The notes beneath the pieces are model-generated. The model was not told where the DNA came from. It did not search any database and saw nothing but the letters and a program-made list of their open reading frames with translations. A stretch of DNA of 64,000 nt from Spirochaetota bacterium (GTDB lineage: Bacteria > Spirochaetota > UBA4802 > UBA5550): assembly GCA_963663865.1 (NCBI GenBank), contig OY760686.1, positions 1,824,001 through 1,888,000 of the forward strand, written 5' to 3'. How positions within the stretch are numbered: position 1 is the first letter of the stretch; each line of letters begins with the position of its first letter. This document shows, piece by piece, positions 1-9,643 of this stretch. A program made the position numbers and the translations under genes.

Positions 1-1518
1 ATATTCGTGGTAGAAGTACTTTAAAGCTGACTGTATCGGATTGCTGGTTGTCTGTCCGAGGGCGCAAAGGGAAGCCTTCTGCATGGCCTTTCCAATTTGC
101 TTCATCTTTTCTATATCATCAAGTTCTCCCCGACCGCCTGAAATCTTCTCAAGGTAGGTCAGGAGTTCGCGGCCGCCGATACGGCATGGAGCGCACTTTC
201 CGCATGACTCGTCCACTGAGAATTGCAGATAGAACTTGTTTACGTCGACCATGCAGTCGTCCTCATCCATGACGATCATTCCGCCCGAGCCCATCATGGA
301 GCCGATGGCAGTCAGGTTTTCATAATCAATCGGAGTGTCGAGAAACTGATCAGGAATAACACCGCCGGAAGGTCCTCCTGTTTGTACGGCTTTGAACTTT
401 TTGTTGTCCTTGATTCCCCCGCTGATGCTGTAAACGATGTCTCTAATAGGAGTTCCCATGGGAACTTCAACGAGTCCTGAGTTTTTAACCTTTCCGGTAA
501 CGGCAAAAACCTTGGTGCCTTTTGACTTTTCTGTTCCAACGGAAGAAAACCATGCGCTTCCTTTGAGGATTACAACCGGTATGTTGGCGAAGGTTTCTAC
601 GTTGTTTACAACCGTGGGTTTTCCCCAGAGCCCTTTGACGGCAGGGAAGGGCGGTCGAGGTTTGGGGGTTCCCCGCTCTCCTTCAAGCGATGCCAAAAGC
701 GCTGTTTCCTCGCCGCATACAAATGCACCCGCGCCGTAACGGATTTCAATGTTGAAGCTGAAATCGCTTCCGAGAATACTATCACCAAGCAGACCTAATT
801 CTGTAGCCTGCTTGATCGCTATCTCAAGCCGTTTAATGGCAAGGGGATATTCTGCTCTTATGTAGATGTAGCCCCTGTCAGACCCTACGGTGTAACCTGC
901 TATTGCCATTGCCTCAAGGATTGAGTGAGGATCCCCTTCAAGAGTACTTCTGTCCATGTAGGCTCCCGGGTCTCCTTCGTCAGCATTACATACGACGTAC
1001 TTCTGGTCGCCCTGAGCTTCCTTTGTGAAGGACCACTTCATTCCTGTGGGGAAGCCGGCGCCTCCGCGCCCTCTGAGCCCGGACTTTTTTATTTCGTCAA
1101 TTACCTGATCTGGAGTCATGTCAAAGATGACTTTTTCAAGAGCTGAGTATCCGTCTCTGAGTATGTATTCTTCGATCTTTTCAGGGTCAATGACACCGCA
1201 GTTGCGGAGTACTATTCTGAACTGTTTATCAGCTTCTGTTCCTGTTCCTTCAGGTGTCTTGCCTTTGGCCAGGTGTTCCTGTACTATTGAGCGGACTTTT
1301 TCAGGCGTAACATTGTGAATGTAAATATTTTCCGGCAAAATTTTTATAAAAGTATCTTCCCGGTCGCATGCCGCTGCGTCAATTATGCTTACAACCTGAA
1401 CATCGTCAGTGAGGTTGTGTTCGGCAATCTCCTTTTCAAAAAAACTTACAAGCTCATTTCTCTTGTTGAGATTGCTTTCGCTGTCACTCGCAACAAGTAT
1501 ATAGTGATTATATGGCAT
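1..1518 (-). CDS. hndC: NAD(H)/FMN-binding subunit (NuoF/HydB/HndC family) of a multimeric [FeFe]-hydrogenase or similar oxidoreductase; 3' end lies outside the window
   Basis: Not in the ORF track because it has no stop in the window. My translation from ATG 1518 gives MPYNHYILV...SGLRGRGGAGFPTGMKW...CNADEGDPGAYMDR...YIRAEYP...GAGAFVCGEETAL...NNVET...TGGPSGG...ESCGKCAPCRIG...SLCALGQT, open to base 1. Confidence 0.9.
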   Translation of the reverse strand, partial: MPYNHYILVASDSESNLNKRNELVSFFEKEIAEHNLTDDVQVVSIIDAAACDREDTFIKILPENIYIHNVTPEKVRSIVQEHLAKGKTPEGTGTEADKQFRIVLRNCGVIDPEKIEEYILRDGYSALEKVIFDMTPDQVIDEIKKSGLRGRGGAGFPTGMKWSFTKEAQGDQKYVVCNADEGDPGAYMDRSTLEGDPHSILEAMAIAGYTVGSDRGYIYIRAEYPLAIKRLEIAIKQATELGLLGDSILGSDFSFNIEIRYGAGAFVCGEETALLASLEGERGTPKPRPPFPAVKGLWGKPTVVNNVETFANIPVVILKGSAWFSSVGTEKSKGTKVFAVTGKVKNSGLVEVPMGTPIRDIVYSISGGIKDNKKFKAVQTGGPSGGVIPDQFLDTPIDYENLTAIGSMMGSGGMIVMDEDDCMVDVNKFYLQFSVDESCGKCAPCRIGGRELLTYLEKISGGRGELDDIEKMKQIGKAMQKASLCALGQTTSNPIQSALKYFYHEY

Positions 1519-1521
1519 TAT

Positions 1522-1899
1522 CTATTTACCCCCTTTCATGATATCTGACGAAGGCCTGTCCTGAATTAGATTGTTGACGAGGATTTTGCGGATGACATGT
1601 TTTTCGATAATTTTACGGGCAATCTCCGGAGTAACTTTCCCGTATATTATATCAGGCATCCCGGCGACCTTCACTTCGACTGTCGGTTCTGTTTCGCACA
1701 GGCCCATACAACCCGTCTGTTTAACTGTTATGCCTGACAGGTTTTTTGAGCTGATTTCCTCCTGAAAGGCTTCAAAGGTCTTCCTGGCTCCGGCAGCCAC
1801 CCCGCATGAACCGAGGCCAACCAGAATTACGGTCTCTTCCGCCTGTTTTGTTTTAAGGTCTTCCTTGAATTTTATGAATTTACTTCTGTCTAGTTTCAT
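1522..1899 (-). CDS. hndB: Thioredoxin-like [2Fe-2S] ferredoxin subunit (HndB/HydD-like)
   Basis: VGLGSCGVAAGA...TGCMGLCETEPTVEV motif; lies between the NuoE-like and NuoF-like genes. Confidence 0.85.
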   Translation of the reverse strand: MKLDRSKFIKFKEDLKTKQAEETVILVGLGSCGVAAGARKTFEAFQEEISSKNLSGITVKQTGCMGLCETEPTVEVKVAGMPDIIYGKVTPEIARKIIEKHVIRKILVNNLIQDRPSSDIMKGGK

Positions 1900-1911
1900 G
1901 GTTCCTCCTGG

Positions 1912-2394
1912 TCAGTACTTGAATTTGGCAATTATTTCGGCGAGTTCTTCACGCTTCACCTTTCCGAAGACCTCACCGGCGATTGTCATTACAGGGGCAA
2001 GTCCGCAGCAGCCGATACATCTAACTGCTTCAACTGAAAAAAGCCCGTCTTCGGAGGTTTGATTTACTCCGACACCGAGAAGAGTTTCAATTTCCTGAAG
2101 AAGATCTTCACCTCCCTTAAGGTAACATGCTGTTCCCATGCAGACCTGTATAGGATATTTACCCGGTTTTTTAAGTTTAAAAAGATGATAAAAAGTGAGG
2201 ACCCCGTATACTTTTGCCAGCGGGATATCGAGCAGCTCTGTCAGCTTCAGGGCCGCTTCTCTCGGGACATAACCATATTCTTCCTGTACCTTGTGAAGAA
2301 TCATGATCAGGTTGCCTGGCTTATCCTTCCACTCGTTTACGTGGTTGAGGATTTCCGGCGACAGCGTGATTGTCTTGTCGATGTGTTCTTTCAT
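1912..2394 (-). CDS. hndA: NuoE/HydC/HndA family [2Fe-2S] subunit
   Basis: LIMILHKVQEEYGY, VYGVLTFY, VCMGTACYLKG, RCIGCCGLAPV; GGAGG RBS upstream. Confidence 0.92.
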   Translation of the reverse strand: MKEHIDKTITLSPEILNHVNEWKDKPGNLIMILHKVQEEYGYVPREAALKLTELLDIPLAKVYGVLTFYHLFKLKKPGKYPIQVCMGTACYLKGGEDLLQEIETLLGVGVNQTSEDGLFSVEAVRCIGCCGLAPVMTIAGEVFGKVKREELAEIIAKFKY

Positions 2395-2625
2395 CCAATT
2401 CCTCCGGATTATTTATATCGCAAGAAGTTTAGGAAAATTTCGTAACCTGGATAGACAGGCAAAAAAACTAAACATTCTCTAGCGTTCAAAAGATTAAATC
2501 ACTGAACGAATAAAAAACTGCAAACGGATTAAGAAAGTTCTATATGTCAGAGTGAAACAAAAGTTTTAGTTTAACGTTATTTGTTAAGCTGTCCCTTTAA
2601 GATTAATAATAGAAAAGTGAAAAAG

Positions 2626-4998
2626 CTACATTATTGACTCAATTGCCCTGATGATGCACTCCTCGGTAATAGGTTTGCCGGTAAGCCAACCCTGAAAGTA
2701 ATCACATCCGAGGTGGCGAAGTATTTCGGCCTGTTTTTCTGTTTCAACACCTTCCGCTACTACCTTAATCCCGAGGTCGTGCGAGATGTTGATGATTGAG
2801 CTTGTAATGCTTCTCGATCTTTCATTGATATCAACATCATGAACAAATATCTTATCGAGCTTAAGAATGTCAATTGGCAGGCTTCTCAGATATGAAAGCG
2901 ATGAGAAACCTGTACCAAAATCATCAAGATGAATCTGGTGGCCAAGGGCCTTAAGCCGTCTAAGCATCGGCATCGCGGCGTCAAATGACTCTATAAGAAG
3001 TGATTCTGTTATTTCAATTGGAATGGATGTCGACTCAAGGTTGTTCCTGTTTAGAAGATTGGTAAGTTTTTGCGGAAACTTTTCGTCAATGAGCTGAGCC
3101 GCAGAGACGTTTACGGATATGTGCGCTCCTGATGTATCGCACGAGGACGATATAACTCCGATACTGTGAAGGACATGAGCGAAAACGCGTTCTACGAACC
3201 CGCTTGCCTCGGCAATGGGGATGAATTCAGAAGGGGGAATTGAGCCGAGCGTGGGATGATTCCACCTCGCAAGGGCTTCGAACCCTACTATACGGTTGTT
3301 GGACAGCTGGACCTGCGGCTGGAAGTCAACCGAAAGGTGTTTCTCGAGTCCGGGAGACCTGAGTTCCCTCTCAATATCTCCCTTGCGTGAGAGCCTTTTG
3401 GAAATCTGTGAATCGAAGAGTTCAAACGATTTGGTCATGGAATGCTTTGACTCTTCACGTGCCGTCATGGCATTAATTAGCAGCTCGTCATAAGTTGTCC
3501 CGTGATTGGGATACATGGCTGCTCCGACAGTAATGCTGATATGCATCTCATGCCCGCCGAAAGAAAGCGGGAGTGAATTGTCGCCGTATATGGAGGATAG
3601 GGCGTCGTTGACTGCAACAATCTCCTGGCTGGTTTCAAAATGGGGAATGAACAGGCAAAAGTTTCCGCTTGTTAGTTTTCCAACAGGGCAGCCCAGTCTG
3701 TCAAAAACCGACATCCTTTCTGCGAATGAACGCAGCATCTTGTCACCCATGTCGAAGCCCAGGGTTGTACTGACAAATGAAAGGCTTGTTATCTTGATTA
3801 CGGCAAGCATGGCGCCCATCTGATTGCCGGATTCAATAAGTTCTTTGACAAGTCTGGAAAAGAGACGTTCATTGGGCAGTGATGTGACAGTGTCATAATA
3901 CGCGAGGCGGTATATTTCGTTTTCCTTTTCTTTCAGTTGAGTTATATCCCGTCCTTCCGCTATAAAATACGAACCGCCTCTGCCGCTGTTGGTCATTGGA
4001 TAGACTGAAAAGTCCATTATCCTTATATTTCCTTCCATGTCCACGCAAGGTATTTCGTATCTATTCTGAATGCCGGTTTTTGCGTCTGATACAGCTGCAT
4101 CTATGAGTTCAGCTGAGGTAATATCCTTTTTGTAGAAGGGCATATCCTTTAGATGTTTTCCAATAAATGAGCTGGTTTCTGTTCCAAAAAGGGAACGGAA
4201 GCTCCGGTTTGCGGCAATTATACGGAAGTTTTTATCAAGGAGCGTTATGAAGTGATCAATTCCGTTGAATACAGATTCAAAACGGGTTTTGTTAAACCTC
4301 AGCCGGCGATTGGTTGAACGTAAAATATAGATTGCGGCCAGGCCAGTCACAGATAGGAGAAACGAAATAAAAGCTGACCAGCGAGAGAAATATATGTGGG
4401 CTTTACTGAGATCGCCGTAGCCCAGGCTCAGGTCAAGACCCGCGATAAGAACCGCGTTCAGACCCGGGATTGTCCTGGCCGAGCACGACTTGATACCGCC
4501 AATATCGTTTTTAGAAATTTTCCCGTCGCACTTCACGAAAGCATGTTCAAGCGACAGCGAGGATGATATGAGCTCTCTCACGATGTATTTACCTGCATTA
4601 TCCCTGTTCTCGAGAATGTTTTCTGAGTTGACCAATTCGGTTTCAGAGTCTGCAAGCAGTGTACCGTCAAGAGAAATCATTAACAGGCTGATATTGTTTT
4701 CTTTTAAGGCCCTGCTCATTGTACGGACAGCGCTGGTTGCAGCAATAAGCTTTCGGCGGTTGCTATCAATATCGCTTGAGGAGCCCGCGAAGAGAGGAGA
4801 AATAGCGTTATAGGTAATATCCAGGATAGATATTATTCTTTCATGCCTTGACTTAAGAAAAATCGAATCAGCTTTTTTTTCGATATAATCAGTGATATAA
4901 ACCTGTGAAAGGAGGAGGGCAGTAAACAGAATAGCAATAATAAGAACCGGTATAGAGGTTCTGTCAAAATATACTCTTCTCTTAGATTTTGATTTCAT
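2626..4998 (-). CDS. Membrane-anchored c-di-GMP phosphodiesterase (Cache-like, PAS, degenerate GGDEF, EAL)
   Basis: Two TM segments; PAS; AYYDTVTSLPNER linker; GGDEF site reads TSGNF; EAL motifs intact (GFEALARW, DDFGTGFSSL, LKLDK, AEGVE, QGW). Confidence 0.88.
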   Translation of the reverse strand: MKSKSKRRVYFDRTSIPVLIIAILFTALLLSQVYITDYIEKKADSIFLKSRHERIISILDITYNAISPLFAGSSSDIDSNRRKLIAATSAVRTMSRALKENNISLLMISLDGTLLADSETELVNSENILENRDNAGKYIVRELISSSLSLEHAFVKCDGKISKNDIGGIKSCSARTIPGLNAVLIAGLDLSLGYGDLSKAHIYFSRWSAFISFLLSVTGLAAIYILRSTNRRLRFNKTRFESVFNGIDHFITLLDKNFRIIAANRSFRSLFGTETSSFIGKHLKDMPFYKKDITSAELIDAAVSDAKTGIQNRYEIPCVDMEGNIRIMDFSVYPMTNSGRGGSYFIAEGRDITQLKEKENEIYRLAYYDTVTSLPNERLFSRLVKELIESGNQMGAMLAVIKITSLSFVSTTLGFDMGDKMLRSFAERMSVFDRLGCPVGKLTSGNFCLFIPHFETSQEIVAVNDALSSIYGDNSLPLSFGGHEMHISITVGAAMYPNHGTTYDELLINAMTAREESKHSMTKSFELFDSQISKRLSRKGDIERELRSPGLEKHLSVDFQPQVQLSNNRIVGFEALARWNHPTLGSIPPSEFIPIAEASGFVERVFAHVLHSIGVISSSCDTSGAHISVNVSAAQLIDEKFPQKLTNLLNRNNLESTSIPIEITESLLIESFDAAMPMLRRLKALGHQIHLDDFGTGFSSLSYLRSLPIDILKLDKIFVHDVDINERSRSITSSIINISHDLGIKVVAEGVETEKQAEILRHLGCDYFQGWLTGKPITEECIIRAIESIM

Positions 4999-5029
4999 TA
5001 TAACACCGGGCCGTAAACAGTCTGCTGTT

Positions 5030-5773
5030 CTATCTTGCGGTTATTTCCGACATTATCTGACGGATATTTTCATTGCATCTGGTTTTGTATTCCTCAATCA
5101 GAGGATTGCTCTTGACGCTTTTCAGATCTGAGTAGAGGCTTTCGTAAGAGGCGAGAGCCCTGTCGAGTTCTCCTGTTTCATAGTAAAACCTGCCGAGCGC
5201 GAACCTCGGGCGGTAATAATGTCTATTTTTTTCCGAGAGTTCGCTGAGTATACCTATTGCCTCTTTTCTGCTGTCATCAGTCTTTTTCTCATAGAATAGG
5301 AGAATTGAAAGCCCGTACCACGAGTCCTTGAGAGAAGGGTCCTTTTGAAGCGATTTGCGGTAGTTGGACTCGGCATTATTCAGGTCATTTTGGGAACCGC
5401 TCTTTTCCCAGAGGTTGGCATATGCCGCGGCAGTTATATAGTAGACATAACCTGAGCGGTTGCCATAGTATTCGGTCGCTTTGATGTTTTTTAATGCGTC
5501 TTCAAATCGGTTTAACTCGAGATATTTTTCAGCAAGGGTCAGGTGTGTAGACGAAAGGGGTTTTGATACGTCTTCGCCTGATTTTAGCTTTTTTGTGTAG
5601 TCTTTGACCTTTTCTTCAAGACGCTCAGTGACCTCAAGGGCGCGTTCAGAAGGTTCCTTTTCTGAGAGCCTGTACGCTTCAGGGGTAAAGACCTTCTTTA
5701 GCGGCGAGTCTTCTCTGCACGCGGTAAGAAGAATGAGACTCATGATATGTAGCGTTATTATTGCTCTTTTCAT
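5030..5773 (-). CDS. TPR-repeat lipoprotein
   Basis: Lipobox-like LLTAC after a hydrophobic stretch; helical TPR-like repeats (ALGRFYYETGELDRALASYE). Confidence 0.7.
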   Translation of the reverse strand: MKRAIITLHIMSLILLTACREDSPLKKVFTPEAYRLSEKEPSERALEVTERLEEKVKDYTKKLKSGEDVSKPLSSTHLTLAEKYLELNRFEDALKNIKATEYYGNRSGYVYYITAAAYANLWEKSGSQNDLNNAESNYRKSLQKDPSLKDSWYGLSILLFYEKKTDDSRKEAIGILSELSEKNRHYYRPRFALGRFYYETGELDRALASYESLYSDLKSVKSNPLIEEYKTRCNENIRQIMSEITAR

Positions 5774-5907
5774 TACTCAGCCTGCAAAGTTTTAATAACC
5801 CTTAAGTTAGAATTCATTTTTTATACGTCAAGAACTAATTGTTTAAAGAAGAATAATGCAGTTCAATCCCTTGAGCCGGAGGGAATAAAAAAATGGATGA
5901 CTAAATT

Positions 5908-5934
5908 TAAGCGCTCCTTTAACATAACCGATAA
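5908..5934 (+). promoter_or_regulatory. Sigma28 (FliA)-type promoter for motAB
   Basis: TAAG-N15-ACCGATAA about 60 nt upstream of motA; consensus is TAAA-N15-GCCGATAA. Confidence 0.65.
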
Positions 5935-5994
5935 TAGAATACAGTTGATCTGTACACGGTTCCATATTTTGAATAACTATATCAGGGAATAATA

Positions 5995-6774
5995 ATGGAT
6001 TTATCTACAATTATTGGCCTCGTCGCCGGTCTGGCGGCCCTCGCCATGGGTATTTTTATCGGCGGCGGTACTCTGCTGATGTTCGTTGACGCTCCGTCAG
6101 TAATGATTACCGTGGGAGGTTCATTCTGCGCCATGCTTGTTGCCCACAACATCCCCAAAATGGTCAAGATGTTCGGTGTGATGAGGTTTACGATATTCCC
6201 GCCGAAATACAATCTGAGCGAGCTGATCATCACGCTTGTCTCTTTTTCGGAAAAGGCAAGGCGCGAGGGACTTCTTGCTCTTGAGGATGACCTTGATGAG
6301 CTCGATGACCAGTTCATGAAGAAGGGGCTGCAGCTTGTAGTTGACGGAACCGATCCGGAACTGGTGCGATCAATAATGGAATCTGAGCTGGAGCAGACAC
6401 TTAACAGGCATGACGCCAGCAGGAAGCTTTTTGACGACTGGGCAGCGCTTGCGCCGTCATTCGGTATGATCGGTACCCTGCAGGGTCTTATCATGATGCT
6501 TGCGAACCTTGAAGACAGAGCGGCCCTTGGTCCGACTCTCTCCATTGCTCTTATGACAACGTTGTACGGAGCTATTATGGCGTATCTGCTTTTTTCGCCG
6601 ATGTCGTACAACCTTGAATCGCAGACCAATCATGAAGCGCTTAACAAGATGATAGTCATCGAGGGTGTTCTTTCAATTCAGTCAGGCGAGAATCCCCGAA
6701 TTGTAAAAGATAAGCTGATATCCTTCCTTCCTCCCGCGGACCGTGAGTCGATTTCCGAAGAGGTCGGAGAATAA
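5995..6774 (+). CDS. motA: Flagellar stator protein MotA/PomA
   Basis: MDLSTIIG, ARREGLLALE, APSFGMIGTLQGL, ALMTTLYG, IQSGENPR. Confidence 0.95.
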   Translation: MDLSTIIGLVAGLAALAMGIFIGGGTLLMFVDAPSVMITVGGSFCAMLVAHNIPKMVKMFGVMRFTIFPPKYNLSELIITLVSFSEKARREGLLALEDDLDELDDQFMKKGLQLVVDGTDPELVRSIMESELEQTLNRHDASRKLFDDWAALAPSFGMIGTLQGLIMMLANLEDRAALGPTLSIALMTTLYGAIMAYLLFSPMSYNLESQTNHEALNKMIVIEGVLSIQSGENPRIVKDKLISFLPPADRESISEEVGE

Positions 6775-7559
6775 TGGCGTTAAAGCGCAAAAAAAAGTGT
6801 CCAGTCGGTACGCCGGCGTGGATGGTCAGTATGGGAGACATGAACAACCTGCTCATGTGCTTCTTCATTATCATGATGGGCGATATAACAACAGTTACTC
6901 AGGAAGAGTTCCAGATGACTATCTCAGCGATTCAGGGCTCTCTCGGCGCCATGCCGGGGGGCGCGTCCCTTTCAAAGGGGAGGGTCATGGAGCTCGGTCA
7001 CAACATGATGACATTGCCCTCAACTGACAAGGGCCGGTCTCCCGGCAGAATGCTCCGAAAGGCCTATGAGGTCTTTAAGCCTGAGATTCAGTCAAAGTAT
7101 GTGAAGATACGCGAAGATGAACGAGGGCTCATCATTACACTGATGAGCGACCTTTTTTTTGAACCTGGAAGCGCAAGGCTTATGGACGGGGTAAGGCCTG
7201 TTCTGACAAAGGTCGCTAATCTTACTGCCGAGTTTCCGAATTTCGTCCGTATCGAGGGACATACCGACAAGGATAAACCTGTGGCCGCAAGGATGCGCGG
7301 AGGCTATGAAACCAACTGGGAGCTTTCTTCCGCGAGAAGCGTCAACGTTCTGCGGTTCATTGTTGAAGAGGAAAATGGAAACCCCAAACAGTTCTCAGCT
7401 GTCGCCTTCGGAGAGCACAGGCCGGTAGATGACAACAATACACCCGAGGGGCGCGCGGCCAATCGCAGGGTTGAAGTCGTAATACTTAAAGAAAAGTTTC
7501 TGAAAGAAGAAAAAGCCCGGGGCATCGACAGGCCTCTTCCGTCAGAAGAGTGGAGATGA
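6774..7559 (+). CDS. motB: Flagellar stator protein MotB (OmpA-like peptidoglycan-binding domain)
   Basis: PAWMVSMGDMNNLLMCFF TM with the conserved Asp; IEGHTD, NWELSSARS, NRRVEV; overlaps motA by 1 nt. Confidence 0.95.
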   Translation: MALKRKKKCPVGTPAWMVSMGDMNNLLMCFFIIMMGDITTVTQEEFQMTISAIQGSLGAMPGGASLSKGRVMELGHNMMTLPSTDKGRSPGRMLRKAYEVFKPEIQSKYVKIREDERGLIITLMSDLFFEPGSARLMDGVRPVLTKVANLTAEFPNFVRIEGHTDKDKPVAARMRGGYETNWELSSARSVNVLRFIVEEENGNPKQFSAVAFGEHRPVDDNNTPEGRAANRRVEVVILKEKFLKEEKARGIDRPLPSEEWR

Positions 7560-7560
7560 A

Positions 7561-7974
7561 ATGCCCGATCTTGATATCAGCACACCAGCCCTTCTTTTCT
7601 CTGCGATTTCGCTGCTTCTTCTCGCTTTCACAAACAGGTTTCTCTCAATCGCTGCACTGGTTAGAAGCCTGCACGACTCGTATCTGGAGACGCGTTCAAA
7701 GACCATCTACTGTCAGATAGAGAACCTAAAGTCAAGGCTTCAGCTTATTAAGAACATGCAGGTTGCCGGCCTTGCCAGCCTCCTTCTCTGTGTTCTCTGT
7801 ATGTTGCTGATCTACATAGGATTGTATCTTGCAGCAAAAATCATATTTGCAATCGCACTTATTCTTATGATTTTGTCGCTTTCTCTTTCGATACGTGAGA
7901 TATTCATATCTGTAAAAGCGCTCAATCTGCACTTGAGCGATATCGAGAACACGGAAAGAGACGAATTGTCTTAG
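7561..7974 (+). CDS. DUF2721-like membrane protein
   Basis: TPALLFSAISLLLLAFTNRF N-terminus typical of DUF2721; about 3 TM segments. Confidence 0.7.
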   Translation: MPDLDISTPALLFSAISLLLLAFTNRFLSIAALVRSLHDSYLETRSKTIYCQIENLKSRLQLIKNMQVAGLASLLLCVLCMLLIYIGLYLAAKIIFAIALILMILSLSLSIREIFISVKALNLHLSDIENTERDELS

Positions 7975-8114
7975 TCATCTTCTGATACGGCATTTCAAGT
8001 GCTATGGAACTTATTGCTCTGCGCTTGACGCTGCTCAGCCTTGCGCTTCACCTCTTCTAACCTCAATGTTTACATATCTGTAACAAAACGGGTACAAATC
8101 TGTTTGACCATCGG

Positions 8115-8134
8115 TTCATGAAAAGTTTTATGAA
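8115..8134. promoter_or_regulatory. 20-bp imperfect palindrome (candidate operator) upstream of the MCP
   Basis: TTCATGAA-AAGT-TTTATGAA just downstream of TTGACC (8104-8109). Confidence 0.4.
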
Positions 8135-8173
8135 TAAACATAGACTCATGAAAATTTGATCTGGGGGTGGGCT

Positions 8174-9643
8174 ATGTTATTAATATTATTAATATCTGTC
8201 GGAATAGCCGTTGTCACTTTGACAACAGCGGTTATCATTATTAAGAAAATTCATCGAAAATCAATTCAAGCCTATATCCGTCAGATAGAAGAGATGGCAG
8301 CCGATTCAGAGAAGCAGGGTAAGGAGTTGAGGGTTGTCTCTGAACGTCTCGCGTCAATCGCCGTTCAACTCGCTGATACAATAGACGAATCAAACGCGTT
8401 TTCGAAAAGCATGATGGATTTGTCGCTTGAACTTGAAAAGAACAACGGCAAGATGCTAAACAGCTCATCAAGGTCAATATTTGAGGTAAGGAAGATGACG
8501 GGCCTTCTTGACAGGATGACAGGGATGACATCATCCATGAAAAAGGCAAGCCTGGACGCCAACATGACCATCAGTGGAAGTCTTAAGGACATCTCTGCGA
8601 TAATTGACGCTGTTGAGCTTATAAACATTACTTCGTCTCAAACGGCTCAAAAGGTCGAGGATGTCCAGTCGACATCGAATCAGATCATACAAATACTTGA
8701 TACCGTCCGTGACATTTCAGAAAGGACCCAGCTTCTCGCTTTCAATGCGGCGATTGAATCGGCACGGGCGGGCGATACCGGAAGGGGGTTCGCGGTAGTT
8801 GCCGATGAGATCAGAAAGCTTTCAGGCGCGACCGGCGAGGCTGTTGAGAGTATCGGGGGCCTTGTATCATCAATTCTGGCACAGGTGGAATCGCTTCATG
8901 AGGTTTCAGCGAAGAACAGGCAAAGCGCCGTCGACGGGGCGGCATCTGTGAAAATTGTCGAGAAACGGCTGGGGGATATAACTCTCTCGTTCGAGGGCAC
9001 TCTCACAGGCATAGACAGTATATCAAAGCTGGCACTTGAACAGGATGATATGGCAAGCTCTATAGGAAAGAGCGTCAGTGTACTTGAAGAGGACATAAGG
9101 TCGGCCGATGGAAGCGTGGAGAAGGTTCACGCCGCGGTAGAAAGGCAGCACAGCGAAATAATGGGGCTGACCGATATGGCAAAGCGGCTCAATGAAGCCG
9201 CCGAGGAGATGAGGGAGATGACATCATATCTCAAGGCGGAGACCATTACGGGGGGCAGCGTTTCTGAAAGGATAATTGATTCAGCCAGGTATGCTGTTAA
9301 AAGAGGCATTCTGAGAGAAATATCGCTGCTGCCTACGACAGGAGAAGCCCACGGAGAAGCAGTAGACGAGTTCCTGAAACGTAACAGTGTTTTTGAGGCT
9401 GCCTGGACAAATGATGTGAGGGGAAGATTTATATGCTCGGTGCCGCCGTCCGGGATCGCGAACGCCACGAACAGGGAATGGTTTCGACACGCTGTAGCGG
9501 GAGAGGAATACGTATCAGAGCCCTATCTGTCTGCCATTACCGGAGAGCCCTGTGTAACGTTTTCATTCCCGCTTGCCGGCACCGACGGAAAGATATTCGG
9601 TGTTGCCGGTTTTGACATAAGCGTTAACCGCAGGCAGGGTTAA
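8174..9643 (+). CDS. Methyl-accepting chemotaxis protein with one N-terminal TM and a C-terminal PDC/Cache-like domain
   Basis: [32 protein letters not shown] hairpin tip; C-terminal REWF...[21 protein letters not shown]...GVAGFDI; start placed at ATG 8174 after GGGGGTGG. Confidence 0.88.
   Translation: MLLILLISVGIAVVTLTTAVIIIKKIHRKSIQAYIRQIEEMAADSEKQGKELRVVSERLASIAVQLADTIDESNAFSKSMMDLSLELEKNNGKMLNSSSRSIFEVRKMTGLLDRMTGMTSSMKKASLDANMTISGSLKDISAIIDAVELINITSSQTAQKVEDVQSTSNQIIQILDTVRDISERTQLLAFNAAIESARAGDTGRGFAVVADEIRKLSGATGEAVESIGGLVSSILAQVESLHEVSAKNRQSAVDGAASVKIVEKRLGDITLSFEGTLTGIDSISKLALEQDDMASSIGKSVSVLEEDIRSADGSVEKVHAAVERQHSEIMGLTDMAKRLNEAAEEMREMTSYLKAETITGGSVSERIIDSARYAVKRGILREISLLPTTGEAHGEAVDEFLKRNSVFEAAWTNDVRGRFICSVPPSGIANATNREWFRHAVAGEEYVSEPYLSAITGEPCVTFSFPLAGTDGKIFGVAGFDISVNRRQG

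Noticed and set aside
48-2445. Many short + strand ORFs over the hnd operon, and similar antisense ORFs throughout the track
   Set aside because: They are shadows of well-supported genes on the opposite strand or frame, with no recognisable motifs.
2426-2445. Possible Rex box upstream of hndA (GTTTAGGAAAATTTCGTAAC region)
   Set aside because: Biologically plausible, but too many mismatches to TTGTGAA-N4-TTCACAA to support by eye.
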